In this document: one piece after another, positions 28,571-41,603 of the stretch
Position numbering within the stretch: the first letter of the stretch is position 1
Layout of the letters: each line of letters begins with the position of its first letter
Assembly: GCA_951406725.2 (NCBI GenBank)
Contig: OX597825.1
Span: forward strand, 10,168,001 to 10,232,000
Direction of reading: 5' to 3'
DNA length: 64,000 bases
Source: Octopus vulgaris
Taxonomy: Eukaryota
Notes under the pieces: generated by a model
Database searches by the model: none
What the model was told of the DNA's origin: nothing
The model's input: only the letters and a program-made list of their open reading frames with translations
Program-made: the position numbers and the translations under genes

Positions 28571-29601
28571 TTTCTCACACATACACTCATACATACATAC
28601 ATATATACAAGTTTCGATTATGATCCTAACCACTTCCTCATGCGTGCACGATGCTTGCTCGGTGTTTATATTTAAGGGAATTGGGTTACTGTACTGTTTA
28701 TTTCTTTGGTAGAAAATGTGAAATAGTTACGATTGCAATCGAAACTTGACAGCTGACGACGTCTTTTGTCAAGAGATTATCTCTAATTCTACGATAGTCG
28801 CTACAAAAAAGAAAAAAAATCCAAATTAATATTGATTTCTTATTCCAGAAAAAAAAAAATGAATTGGGCAGAATTCACATCTGGATATTACTGAAGAGAT
28901 AAAAGAAAGAACCGATTCTAACACTATTTAAACTAAGAAAGGCGAATGTAAATACTGCAATTGGTTTTTGTTTAGCTTCGTGTTACCTTAATTGCAGCAG
29001 ATTTTTTTATTTAATTATACCACGATAATCCTGGCATAGTTTCAAACGTAGCATATCGAGGGCTACTTATCCTTATGGGTGCTATTTTAAGCTGTTCGAT
29101 CGATGTGCAAGCGGCTCCAACGTGAACACACAGACAGGTTAATATAAAGGATATATTGTTAACTCGGAAATATCTTACTTATACTCCGAGTCGACTCGAT
29201 CGAACAAACCTATGAAGTACTCTTATGACGACATCGTTTTTTTTTTATATATTTCTCGAGATTACGGTGCACTCTCTCTCTCTCTCTCTCTCTGCGATTA
29301 GGAAAGATTTTGCTGTTATTTCTCGCAAGTTGAGTGACCATATCGGAACTCCTTCGTTGGTCCGTATAGGAATATATTTAGTCCGATTCTGTACTTTTTC
29401 TTGCAAACAAATGCTTTTGAAAAGGAAATTGTCGTTCTCTGATACCATTCAATGTTTGGCGAAGGTAAAGAATACGTACACCCGGTGGTTAGGGTTAGGG
29501 CTTTTGTTACGCCGAAAACCGGTGGTGTACGTATTCTTTACCTCCGCCCACTAATGTTTTATATTAGCTATTGACTATCCGCAGTAGACTCATAGCACCT
29601 G

Positions 29602-29639
<38 letters not shown>

Positions 29640-29731
29640 TGCATAAAGAGAAAAAGAGAGATACATATTTATCTCGCTATCTTTTTTCCTCTCTCTTCAT
29701 ATATATATGTAAGAGAGAGAGAGAGAGTTAA

Positions 29732-30038
29732 GGTACTATTTAAGAAGAGTGGTCCCGGTGCGCGCACTCGCGTACTCGCGCATTCGCGCTAGCTAGTCGT
29801 GACTAGTCGATCCTACAACGACTACCTAGCAAAGTAAATAAAACACAAAATAGATAAATTTTTTTACACAAAGTAAATAATTTTTTTATAAGTAAATAAA
29901 ACACAAAAAACACAAAGTAAATCATTTTTTAAAACAAAGTAAATAAGACAAAAACACAAAGGAAGGATCGACTAGTCACGACTAGCTAGTGCGGATGCGC
30001 GAGTGAGCGCACCGGGACCGCACTTCTTAAATAGTACC
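29732..30038. mobile_element. Mutator-like (MULE) MITE
   Basis: ~75-80 bp TIRs beginning GGTACTATTTAAGAAG; perfect 9-bp TSD GAGAGTTAA at 29723-29731 and 30039-30047. Confidence 0.88.
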
Positions 30039-32151
30039 GAGAGTTAATGTATGTATGTGTCTGTGAGGTTGTGCGGGCGTATATGTACTTATTTTGCTGC
30101 CAAAGAGAAATCAATGAGCTCAGAAACGGTATAGTTATGAACAAAAGCCAAGTATCAGTTAGTAGCTGTACCTGTTCGGCTTTCAGAGTTGCACGTACTT
30201 TTGCCGCAGGAAAAAAATTGGCTGAGCACAAGAACTTTTACAAATACTAGAATTCAAAGTGTGTGTGTGTGTGCATGCATGGATGTTTGTATGTGCCTTT
30301 GTTCAGACATCGTGTGATGGTTGTTATAATGGGTATTGTCATACAAGCGATATTGTTCATATCCTGTCAACCGTGAAAAATATGCCAGGCACAGGCGTGG
30401 TAAGAAGTCTTCTTCCCAACCACATGGTTCCGAGTTCAGTCCCACTGCGTGGCAACCTTGGGCACGTGTCTTCAATTATAGCCGCATAAGGCGGCGAGCT
30501 GGCAGAAACGTTAGCACGCCGGGCGAAATGCTTTGCAGTATTTAGTCTGTCTTTACGTTCTGAGTTCAAATCCCCCCGAGGTCGACTTTACCTATCATCC
30601 TTTCGGGGTTGATTAAATAAGTACCAGTTACACACTGGAGTCAATGTAATCGACTTAATCTGTTTGTCTGTCCTTGTTTGTCCCCTCTGTGTTTAGCCCC
30701 TTGTGGATAGTAAAGAAATAGGTATTCCGTCTGCCACTACGTTCTGAGTTCAAATTCCGCCTAGGTCGACTTTGCCTTGCATCCTTTCGGGGTCGATAAA
30801 TTAAGTACCAGTTACGCACTGGGGTCGATATAATCGACTTAATTACCTATGTCTGTCCTTGTTTGTCCCCTCTATGTTTAGCCCCTTGTGGGTAATAAAG
30901 AAATAGGTATTTCGTCTGCCGCTACATTCTGAGTTCAGATTTCGCCGAGGTCGACTTTGCCTTTCATCCTTTCGGGATTGATAGATTAAGTACCAGTTGC
31001 ATACTGGATTGATCTAATCGACTAGCCCCCTCCCCAAAAATTTCGAGTCTTGGGTCTAGAGTAGAAAAGTCTATTATATCCTTGTGTCGACCAAATCCTT
31101 GTGAGTGGATATGGTAGACAAACTGAAAGAAACTCGTCGCTTATATATATATATATATATATATATGTTTATATGTGTCTGTGTTTGTCCCTCACACAGC
31201 TTGACAACCAGTGTTGGTGTATTTATGTCCCTGTAACTTAGCAGTTTGGCAAACGAGACCGATAGGGTAAGGTACCAGGCTTAAAAGGCAAATAAGTACT
31301 GGGGGTCGATTCGCTCGACTAAAATTCCTCAAGACGGTGCCCCAACATGGCCGCACCCTAATGACTGAAACGAGGAAAAGATAAAAGATTGTATATATTT
31401 CTCTTCTTGAAAAGATGAGGGTTGGTGACAGGAAGAGCTTCCAGTGGTAGAAAATCTGCCTCTGTGACACCCATGCCAGTGGCACGTAAGAAAGAAACAA
31501 CCGAATGTGGTCAATGCAAGCACCGCCTTGACTGGCTTCTGTGCCAGTGGCACATAAAAAGCACCAACCGATTGTGACCATTGCCAGCCTTCCCTGGCCC
31601 CTGTGCTGGTGGCACGTAAAAAGCACCCACTACACTCATGGAGGGATGATTTCAAATTCCGCCAAGGTCGACTTTGCCTTTCATCCTTTCAGGGTCGATA
31701 AATTAAGTACCAGTTATGCACTGGTGTCGACGTAATCGACTTAATACCTTTGTCTGTCTTTGTTTGTCCCCTCTATGTTTAGCCCCTTGTGAGTAATAAA
31801 GAATAGGAAAGGTCTGATACTTAGTCTATATCATTCACTTTTGCCGAACCACTAAGTTACAGGAACGTAAACAAGACAACAATCCAGCAGTGGGGGGAGC
31901 TGAACTAAACCCCCCCCACACACACACACACACATTTATATGCACAATCATTGTGCATGTGTGCTCATTACCTTATTGTTTCTGTTTAGTTGTAGACATC
32001 TGTTTGGTTTCAGATAACGGAAATTAATTCACTTTTATCTGATTATCTACGTAAGAGCTTTTCATTTTGCATTACAAGTGGTTGGCACGAAAATTCATGT
32101 CCTGTATGTTTTTTGATTGGACACCTTGCTTGTACACAGACATTGATCTAT

Positions 32152-32532
32152 CAGACATGTTGTATCAATATAGATATTTACACAATTTAGAAACGAAATC
32201 AACGTAAATGCTGGATAGACAGACACTCACACATACATAGATTGGATAATGATAGTGTATATGTAGGACAGTGGAGGCACATGGCCTAGTGGTTAGAGCA
32301 GTGGACTCACAGTTGAGGGATCGCAGGTTCGAATCTCAGACCAGACATGTTGTATCAATATAGATATTTACACAATTTAGAAACGAAATCAATGTAAATG
32401 CTGGTTAGACAGACACTCACACATACATAGATTGGATAATGATAGTGTGTATATGGGACAGTGGAGGCACACGGCCTAGTGGTTAGAGCAGCGGACTTGC
32501 GGTCAAGGGATCGTGGGTTCGAATTTCAGACC
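32152..32532 (+). repeat. 190-bp direct tandem duplication including a SINE-D head
   Basis: cagacatgttgtatcaatatagat...tcagacc occurs at 32152 and again at 32342. Confidence 0.85.
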
Positions 32533-32633
32533 GGGCAATGTGTGTGTTTATGAGCGAAAACACCTAAGCTCCACGCGGCTCCGGCAGAAGGTAATGGCAA
32601 ACTTCTGCTGACTCTTTCTTTTAGAAAGTGATG

Positions 32634-32693
32634 TACATCGGCAGGAATTGAACCTGAGCTGCACATGTGGCAGGAGAGCATTCTACTACTGAA
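32634..32693 (-). pseudogene. 5'-truncated tRNA-Gly(GCC) pseudogene
   Basis: Minus strand TTCAGTAGTAGAATGCTCTCCTGCCACATGTGCAGCTCAGGTTCAATTCCTGCCGATGTA aligns to invertebrate tRNA-Gly-GCC; many differences are CpG transitions; 5' acceptor strand is missing. Confidence 0.75.
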
Positions 32694-32727
32694 TAAAGAT
32701 AGCTATGATAATGATGATAATAATAAT

Positions 32728-33220
32728 AGCAAGAGCATTCAGAGAATGCAAACTTCTGCCAAGGCAACACCAACGTCCACTCAACGATTAGCAAGAGGTG
32801 GTTTTTTAAATGAGAATATCTGAAATAAACTCGATGGCTCTCACAAACAAGAATACTAAAAATGAACCCAACCACTTTCAAAAATTAAGTGAAAAAGCTG
32901 GAAAATTAATCCAGAATCTTTGTCCAGTACCGAATCAACCCCAAAATCTAATCAGTTCATGCCAGTCGTGAGGTCAAACATCCTTGAAGGTTTCATTCGA
33001 TTCCATCCAGCAGTTCTTGGGATATCCTGTCCACGGACAATCCAGAATCCTTGTCCAGTACTGGATCGATCCCAAAATCTAATCAGTTCATGCTAGTCGT
33101 GAGGTCAAACATCCCTGAAAGTTTCATCCAAATCCATTCAGCAGTTCTTGAAATATCTTGTCCACAAACAAACAAACATGACTGAAAACAATACTCCCTG
33201 CTTTGCTAAGGCAGAGGTAA
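32728..33220 (+). mobile_element. Helentron-associated (HINE/DINE-like) element with an internal tandem duplication
   Basis: Subterminal inverted motifs acttctgccaagg / ctaaggcagaggt; (CAAA)n tract; two ~130-bp internal units; ends 70 bp before exon 2. Confidence 0.55.
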
Positions 33221-33289
33221 TAATAATAATAATAATAACTGAAGAAGGAATTTTTAAAGATCCTTTATTTTTTTTATTTTTCTCTACAG

Positions 33290-33378
33290 ATATTGTAAAC
33301 TATGGATGAGGAAACACAAGGAAGGGAAGAGACCATTCATAGATCACATGAATGCTCTTGCTTACCAGCCGATATACG
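33290..33378 (+). CDS. GBA2: GBA2 exon 2
   Basis: Acceptor tctctacag|A; YCKLWMRKHKEGKRPFIDHMNALAYQPIYG (human ...TPFIDM...QIYG); donor G|gtgagt. Confidence 0.93.
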
Positions 33379-34778
33379 GTGAGTGTGTTGTTTGAGTTTT
33401 GTTTGAGTTTTGTTTGGTTCTGAGTATTGTTCAAGGGAGAGACAAAAAACCCACAAAGAGACAGACAAACAAATGTTTGAATGGCATTGTAGCATTAAGG
33501 GAAAAAATACTAAATACTGTAATGAAAATCAAATGGAAATTGTAGTTAAGATACCCGTGCCAGTGACATGTTAAAAGTACTGTCTGAACATGGCAGATGC
33601 CAGCACCACCTGACTGGCGTCCGTGTCGGTGACATCTAAAAGCACCAACCGATCGTGGCCGTTTGCCAGCCTCGTCTGGCACGTAAAAAGCACCCACTAC
33701 ACTCACGGAGTGGTTGGTGTTATGAAGGGCATCCAGCTGTAGAAACACTGCCAGATCAGACTGGTGCCCGGTGCAGCCACCTGGGTTCCCAGACCCTGGT
33801 CGAACCGTCCAACCCATGCTAGCATGGAAAACTGACATTAAACGATAATGATGATGATGATGAGTCTTTGTCTCCTGAGAGACCAGGTAAAATTAAGATT
33901 TGCATGACTACCAAACCTTCACTGTCATAGTTTTTAATTCCTCTATCGTGTTGTAGCCTTCAACACCTGGCATTAAGCCACCTCCCCTCTTTCAAATGTG
34001 CTCTCTTTCAAAAGTCGATGGGGCTTTTTCCTTTCCTTACCTTTAGTCTTACAAGTTACCTGGTGGCTTCCTGAGTGCTGGTGTCATGAAAACAAGCAAC
34101 CAGTGCACTCTGAAATGTGGTTGACATTAGGAAGGGCATCCAGCCACATAAACAATGTCAAAGTAGACATTGGGGCCTGTTCCCCTGTCATACTTTAGCC
34201 CTTCAACACCCGGCATAAAACCAGACACCCCCACCTCTTCGCTTTGTCAAATATGCTTTTTCTTGTTTTTTTTCCTTTCTTGCAAGTTACTTGGCAACCT
34301 CACTGGCACCAGTGTCATAAAAAAGCACCCAGTACACACTGTGAAGTGGTTGGCATTAGGAAGGGCATCTAATTGTAAAAATCATGCCAAAGCTGATGTT
34401 GGAGCTCAGGGCTCACCGGATTCCACCAAACCATCCAACACATACCAGCATGTGCTGGTGCCACATAAAAAGCATCCGGTACACTCTGTAAAGTGGTTGG
34501 TGTTAGGAAGGGCATCCCACTGTAGAAACCATGCCAGAACAGATGCTGGAGCTTGGTGTGGCCCCTGGCCTTAACAGCTTCAGTCAAACTGTCCAACCCA
34601 TGCCAGCATGGAAAACAGATGTTAGATGATGACGATACAAGCTCCAATCTTTAATCATTATCTGTTTTACATTTATTTATACAGCTGCTGGCATAGCTAT
34701 GGGGTTAAGAATTTTGCTTGACAACCACACGTAATGGTTCGTTTGAAAAATCTTTTTACAATACTTTTTATATTGCAG

Positions 34779-34894
34779 GTGCCCCTATTGGAGGCATTGG
34801 TTGTGGTACTATAGGTCGTGGCTACCAAGGCGAGTTCTGCCGATTCCAGCTTGTCCCAGGATGTTATGACCATACGACAGTATTAGCTGATCAG
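34779..34894 (+). CDS. GBA2: GBA2 exon 3
   Basis: Acceptor ttgcag|; [28 protein letters not shown]...ADQ, the GH116 N-terminal signature; donor CAG|gtattt. Confidence 0.97.
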
Positions 34895-34969
34895 GTATTT
34901 ATTGCAATAATTATTACATTTCTTTGTTTGTTATGTTCTCTTTACTTCTGCTTTTCTCCATAACAGATA

Positions 34970-35272
34970 GTGGAGGCACATGGCCTAGTGGTTCGAGCAG
35001 TAGACTTGCAGTCGAGGGATCGCGGGTTCGAATCCTAGACTGGGTGATGTGTGTGTTTATGAGCGAAACACCTAAGCTCCACGTGGCTCTGGCAGAAGGT
35101 AATGGCGAACTTCTGCTGACTCTTTCGCCACAACTTTCTCTCACTCTTTCCTCCTGCATCTTGCAGCTCACCTGCGACGGACCAGCGTCCTGTCCAGGTG
35201 GGGAACCTATACGCCAAGAAACCGGGAAACTGGCCCTTATGAGCCAGGCATGGCTCTAGAAGGAACAAACAA
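34970..35272 (+). mobile_element. tRNA-derived SINE family D
   Basis: A-box tggcctagtgg; B-box ggttcgaatcc; 12-bp TSD ccataacagata; related heads at 8463, 32271 and 32460. Confidence 0.88.
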
Positions 35273-36084
35273 CCATAACAGATACCTTGAGCCTGAACAC
35301 AATAAGCTTGTTGGTGTGTTATTATAGTTTATTCGTTAGGGATTGGATGGGTCTACCTTGCAACGCATCACCATTTAATTTGATTTTTTCTTTTATCTGA
35401 GGCAGAGGTGGTTGAGGTGGGAGTGGATCTAGCAAACTGACTATTATGTCTTCTTACATCATCTTTTCTACTGCAGCCACCCTCTATCTACAGTACATAA
35501 CACTACCGTTCAAGAATTTGGACCTGGAGATCTCCATTTCCAGCGACTACGAGGGCCACCTCCCAGTGGTGTCGGGCATCAACAAAGAGCCCTCGACTAC
35601 AACAAGACGACCAAAGTTTGGTTTTTTTTCCCAAGGTCTAGGGTCTCCCGCCCCTAAGCCCTAGACCATCACCTAATCATCCTTACCCATCCTGTTGCTT
35701 AACAACAACAACAAGTACACAACATTTCACCAAGTGTTCATTGCATTCTATGTCCGTATCAATGCAGTCCCCTTTCTTGCACTCTGCTCACCCTTTTCCT
35801 TGGCTCAGTCATCCTCTATCTTTCATCAATATTACATAAGATGGAAATCTGGCAAAACCATTAGCATTGCCAGACAAAATTGCTCAATAGCATTTCATCT
35901 GGCTTTTACATTCTGAGGAAAACTGAAATAAAATTGTAAAATAATTAGTAACCCTTTAGTACTCAGGTTAGTCAGTCAAATGTAATACTTACTTATTCAC
36001 ATGGTTTTGAATTAATCAGGCATTATTTCGTAGCTTCAAGATTTCATGGATGTGATTGTATAGTTTGGGAATGATATATTGTTG

Positions 36085-36770
36085 TAGAGGTTGAGAGTTT
36101 CAAATACCTTGGCGCCATCATTACAGCTACAGGTCAAGGTGAGGCTGACATTAAAACACGAATCAACCTTGCTCGCCAAGCCTTCAACTGACTCAATGCA
36201 TGACTCTGGTCAAGATCTGAGATCCGACACACCACCAAAGCACTACCAAGCACTAGTGCGAACGATTCTCATTTATGGCAGCGAGTCATGGCAGATGAGG
36301 GTGGAAGATATTAAGTGACTAGAATTCTTTGATCACCTCTGTCAAAGCCGCATCCTTCATGTCCGAAGGCATCACTTTGTCTCCAACAATTTGGTGCGAC
36401 ACCAGTGCAGAATCACCTCCCTCCGACAAGTCATCCTAACGAGATGTCTGCATTGGCTGGGTCATGCACTCCGTCGTCAACCAGGAGAATTCGTCCATGA
36501 AGCAATTGCCCCAGCTCCCCTTCAGGGTTGGTGAAAGTGTCGTGGTGGACAACGAAAAACCTGGCTGATGACGGTCAAGGCTGATCTGGAACCCAACCTA
36601 GGACCCCATATCTACGGCGTTTGCTGCTGGAATAAGGAGTGGTTGGAGATCACACGGTCATTAGCCTCAAATCGCCAGGTCTGGTCAGCATTTGTGAGAG
36701 ATGCAGCATTGAGGATGAATGAAGCCAGCTCAACCCACCCCGGTGAATGCTGTCTCAAGAAGAAGACAAG
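36085..36770 (+). mobile_element. RTE-clade LINE 3' fragment
   Basis: FKYLG...RINLARQAF...YQALVRTILIYGSESW...LHWLGHALR...GGQRKTW; CAAG-type tail; lies in GBA2 intron 3. Confidence 0.88.
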
Positions 36771-38171
36771 AATGATATATTACTTGATACACAAAAAGGA
36801 AATAGGGAGAAGCTTGATTCTGTGTAATCAGAGCAAGCCATGAGTTCACAAAAGATGCAGTAGGGTCTCTGAATGACAAAGATCCTCACTTCCTTAGACA
36901 TAGCTGATAGCTTCTCTTCGTGTGTTAAGGGCTGAAGGTGACTTGTGAAGGGGAATGTTGTTACCAAGAATTTCTCTCGTCATATGGAGAGCAGACTGTA
37001 TGAAGCAAGTCTAAGAACTATGGTTGTGGAAGTAGGTTATTGAATACAGACCATCTGTTGAACTGGAGAGAAGGAATTTAAGTGAGAATCGTGTGTCAGG
37101 TTTGTAATATCTGATGTGCATAAAAGGATGCATGCATTGAGAGAAAAGTTGATTCGTTTAATATAGAAGACAGGTAGAGGAATAAATAAAGCGAGAGAAA
37201 GGCTGAGTTGTGTGGTGGACAAATAACGGCATTGAGTTGGTCATGTGATGAGTGCTCGGCACAAGTGCTGTATACTGTTGTCACAGGGAATTGATATTGA
37301 TGAGGTTGGAAGATAATTATAATTATCTATTTCTTCACTACCCACAAGGGGCTAAACACAGAGGGGACAAACAAGGACAGACAAACGGATTAAGTCGATT
37401 ACATCAACCCCAGTGTGTAACTGGTACTTCATTTATCAACCCAGAAAGGACGAAAAGCAAAGTTGACCTCGGCGGAATTTGAACTCAGAACGTAGCGGCA
37501 GACGAAATACCACTAAGCATTTCACCAGGTGTGCTAACGATTCTGCCAGTTCACAGCCTTTTGGAAGATAATTATAATTATCTTGTGATGCTGCATGGCT
37601 TAGTGGTTAAAGTGTTTGGTTCACAATCATAAGGTCATGAGTTCAATTCCCAGCAATGCATTGTGTCCTTGAGCAAAACACTTTATCTTCACGTTGCCCC
37701 AGTCCACTCAACTGGCAAAATTGAGTAGTACCCGTAATTCATAGGGGGCCGGCCTTGTTACATTCTGTGTCACCCTAAATCTTCCTGAGAACTACATTAA
37801 AAGTACATGTGCCCGTAGAGTGCTCAACTACTTCTACATTAGTTACATAAGCAGGCTGTTTCATTGACAGATCAATTGGAACACACATCGTCATAACCAA
37901 TAAAGTGCCAGAATAATTATCTCATCCTAATTACAATTTAAAATTTGGTCTTAAAACTACATCTGTTTAATAATTAATGAAATCATTCATTTTAAAGTTA
38001 TTTGTAAAAAATTTAAAAAATAGTAATAAAAAATATTTTAAAAGCTGTTAAAATAAATCAATAAAAATAAAAATGAATGAATAAAACATGGTTAATTATT
38101 GTTAATTGGTAAACATTAGGATAAGTGTTTACCATTACAAACAGCGGAAGCTCTGTATAACTGATAGTTAT

Positions 38172-38578
38172 GCAGGAGTGGCTGTGTGGTAAGTAGCTTG
38201 TTTACCAACCACATGGTTCCGGGTTCAGTCCCACTGCGTGGCACCTTGGCCAAGTGTCTTCTACTATAGCCTCAAGCCAACCAAAGCCTTGTGAGTGGAT
38301 TTAGTAGACGGAAACTGAAAGAAGCCCATCGTATATATGTATATATACATATATGCATGTGTGTGTGTTTGTGTGTCTGTGTTTGTCTCCCTAGCATTGC
38401 TTGACAACCGATGCTGGTGTGTTTATGTCCCCGTTACTTAGCAGTTCGGCAAAAGAGACCGATAGAATAAGTACTGGGCTTACAAAGAATAAGTCCCGGG
38501 GTCGAGTTGCTCGATTAAAGGCGGTGCTCCAGCATGGCCGCAGTCAAATGACTGAAACAAGTAAAAGAGTAAAAGAGT
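38172..38578 (+). mobile_element. tRNA-derived SINE family B, representative full copy
   Basis: Head ggagtggctgtgtggtaag...gggttcagtcc; CORE-like accttgggcaagt; internal (TA)(TG)n; tail gaaacaagtaaaagagtaaaagag. Other copies (approx.): + 1, 348, 2559, 5552, 20944, 24411, 30393, 40833, 47680, 59620; - 42403, 52036, 53665. Confidence 0.9.
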
Positions 38579-40185
38579 AAGGGTTTTGTTAATTTGCAGT
38601 ATTTGGTTCAAATCCTGCCATGAGCCAAGACAAGTCTCCAGTAGTGTTCCAATAACTCAATGTGTTCCACCAAGACATTAGTTGTTGTTAACCCTTTCAT
38701 TTCTGTATTTATTTTGAGATGCTCTGTGTTTCTTTCAATTACTTTAAATATAACAAAGCAAATATGTTACCAAATATTGCAAAAGTTTTGATTCAACAGA
38801 GTGATATAGTTAAAGTTGGAGGTCTTTTAATCCAAAATAGTTTCTGTCAAAGTTGATCTGGGATTAAACAACAAGTTGTGTCGTCTTTCTCACCAAGTCT
38901 GAAGAGCAGTAGGGAAAGGTTTTAAGGGTAGTGAAATTTGAACATTTCCTGATCCCTTGAAAGGAATCAATTTGAGTGGGGAGAGGGGAGAAAAAAAGAG
39001 GATTGATTTCAGTACTTGCTTGGTACATATATATATATATATATATTGCTTGGTATATATATATATATATATATATATATTTGCACCAGTCAAGCGGTGC
39101 TTTAACTCTTTAGAGCCTCTTCAGCCGCTTAAAATAAATTAAAAAAACACTGAAACCCCCTCAGAAAAGTTGTAGGTATTTATTGTGTTTGTTTAGCCTC
39201 AGGCCAGCCTAAGATGAAAAGCAATCTAAATGTGACCATCTCATCATTTGGTATACTAATGGCTACATTGTTCAATGTGTTTTTTTTTTAAAAGAGCAGA
39301 GCACAATGTGATTTAGGGCAAATTTAGCTGCTATTTCCAGCAGGCTGAAAGAGTTTCTTTCACTTGCTTGATGCAGCTGTTGTCACCGAGAAATGCTATC
39401 AGTGGTGTTAAAAGATAATTATAATAATTATCTCACCTTAACTGCAATTTAAAAGCAGGTTTAAAAAATACAGCTATTTAAAATTAATGAGATCACTCGT
39501 TCTAAAGTTGCTTTCGAAAAACAAAAAAACACACAAAAAAAAGGACAACAACAATAATAAACCATTTGAAACAGTTTTTAAATCAACAGCAAACAAGAAA
39601 ACAAACAAAGCAAAACTGCCACCCACTCATTGCAGAAGCTGGAAGATCTCATGTCTAACACCTGTGAATTAATTGTCAATGCATAAATTAAGAAGGCAGG
39701 CAGTGATTACCTCGTTTCAGCTGTGTAGTTTACTATAATTACCCAACTGGAAATCATGGAGCTCTTTGCTTTATTTATAATTCATAGAACATTAGAGGCT
39801 GTTGTTTTAGACTGCCATTGGGTTCTCTACAAATACATACATACATACATATGTACATATATATACATACATACATACATACATATATACATACATATAT
39901 ACATATATACATACATATATACATACAAAGGCGGCGAGCTAGCAGAAACGTTAGCATGCCGGGCGAAATGCGTAGCCGTATTTTGTCTGCCGTTACGTTC
40001 TGAGTTCAAATTCCGTCAAGGTCGACTTTGCCTTTCATCCTTTTGGGGTCAATAAATTAAGTACCAGTTACGCACTGGGGTCGATGTAATCGACTTAATC
40101 CGTTTGTCTGTCCTTGTTTGTCCGCTCTTGTGTTTAGCCCCTTGTGGGTAGTAAAGAAATATATATACATATATGTATACATACA

Positions 40186-40490
40186 TTGTTTGTTCCTTCT
40201 TGAGCCATGCCTGGCTCATAAGGGCCGGTTTCCTCGGTTTCTTGGCGTATAGGTTCCCCACCTGGACAGGATGCCTGTCCGTTGCAGGTGAGCTGCAAGA
40301 TGCAGGAGGAAAGAGTGAGAGAAAGTTGTGGCGAAAGAGTCAGCAGAAGTTTCGCCATTACCTTCTGCCGGAGCCGCGTGGAGCTTAGGTGTTTCGCTCA
40401 TAAACACACGCATCGCCCGGTCTGAGATTCGAACCAGTGATCCCTTGACCGCAAGTCTGCTGCTCTAACCACTAGGCCATGTGCCTCCAC
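40186..40490 (-). mobile_element. tRNA-derived SINE family D, antisense copy
   Basis: Reverse complement of 34970-35272 over its full length. Confidence 0.88.
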
Positions 40491-41534
40491 ACACATACAT
40501 ACATAAATACATACATATGTACATACATAATAAAATAAATGCGCCCTTTTAAAGCCTAACCAGGCTCATGGGCCCAGTTTCCCGGTTACTATGGCATATG
40601 TATTCCCCAGCTGGACAGGATGCCAGTCCATCGCAGCGTTACACATTTTTGCCAGCTGAGTGAACTGGAGCAACGTGAAATGAAGTGTTTTGCTCAAGAA
40701 CACAACGCGTCACCCGGTCCAGGAATCGAAACCACAATCTTACGATCGTGATGCTGACACCCTAACCACTAAGCCACATGCCTCCATGTACATACATACA
40801 TACATATAGATGTAGGTGTCATTCTGTGGTATAGGTGCAAGCATGGCTGTGTGGTAAGAAACTTGCATCCCATCCACATGGTTCCAGGTTCAGTCCCCCT
40901 GCATGACACCTTAAGCAAGTGTCTTCTACTATAGCCTCAGGCCAACTAAAGCCTTGTGAGTGGATTCGGTTGAAGGGAACTGAAAGAAGCCTGCTGTATA
41001 TATGTACATATATATATCTATGTGTCTATGTTTGTCCCACTGCCGCTGCTTGATAACCGGTGCTGGTGTGTTTATGTTCCTGTAACTTAGTGGTTTGACA
41101 AAACAGACCCTTAGGATTAGTAGCAGGCTTTTAAATACATTCAACTAAAAATCCTTCATGATGGTGCCCCAGCCTGGGCATGGCTGCAGTCTAATAACTG
41201 AAACAAATAAAAAATACATACATACATGTATGATTTGTGAGGAAAGTAGCACAAGAGAATTTAAAGACTTAGTCTTCAGTAATATAATAATAATAATAAT
41301 AACAATAATAATAGTAAATTATACTTTCTACTGTAGGCACAAAGCATGAAATTGTTGGGGAGGGGGCTAGTCGATTACGTTGACCCCCAGTGTTTCACTG
41401 GTACTTAATTTATTGACCCTAAAAGGAGGAAAGGCAAAGCTGACCTTGCCAGAATTTGAACTCAGAATGTAAAAACGGACAAAATTCCGCTAAGCATTTT
41501 GCCCGGTGTGCTACGATTCTACCAGCTCACCACC

Positions 41535-41571
<37 letters not shown>

Positions 41572-41603
41572 TAAGCCCTAGAATTCACTCCATTATTGCC
41601 CAC

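Noticed and set aside
29487-29500. Interstitial telomere
   Set aside because: Only two TTAGGG units, located inside a MITE-like hairpin.
34970-35045. tRNA genes at SINE heads (also 8463, 32271, 32460, 41604)
   Set aside because: Each continues into a SINE body and lacks a complete acceptor stem and terminator.
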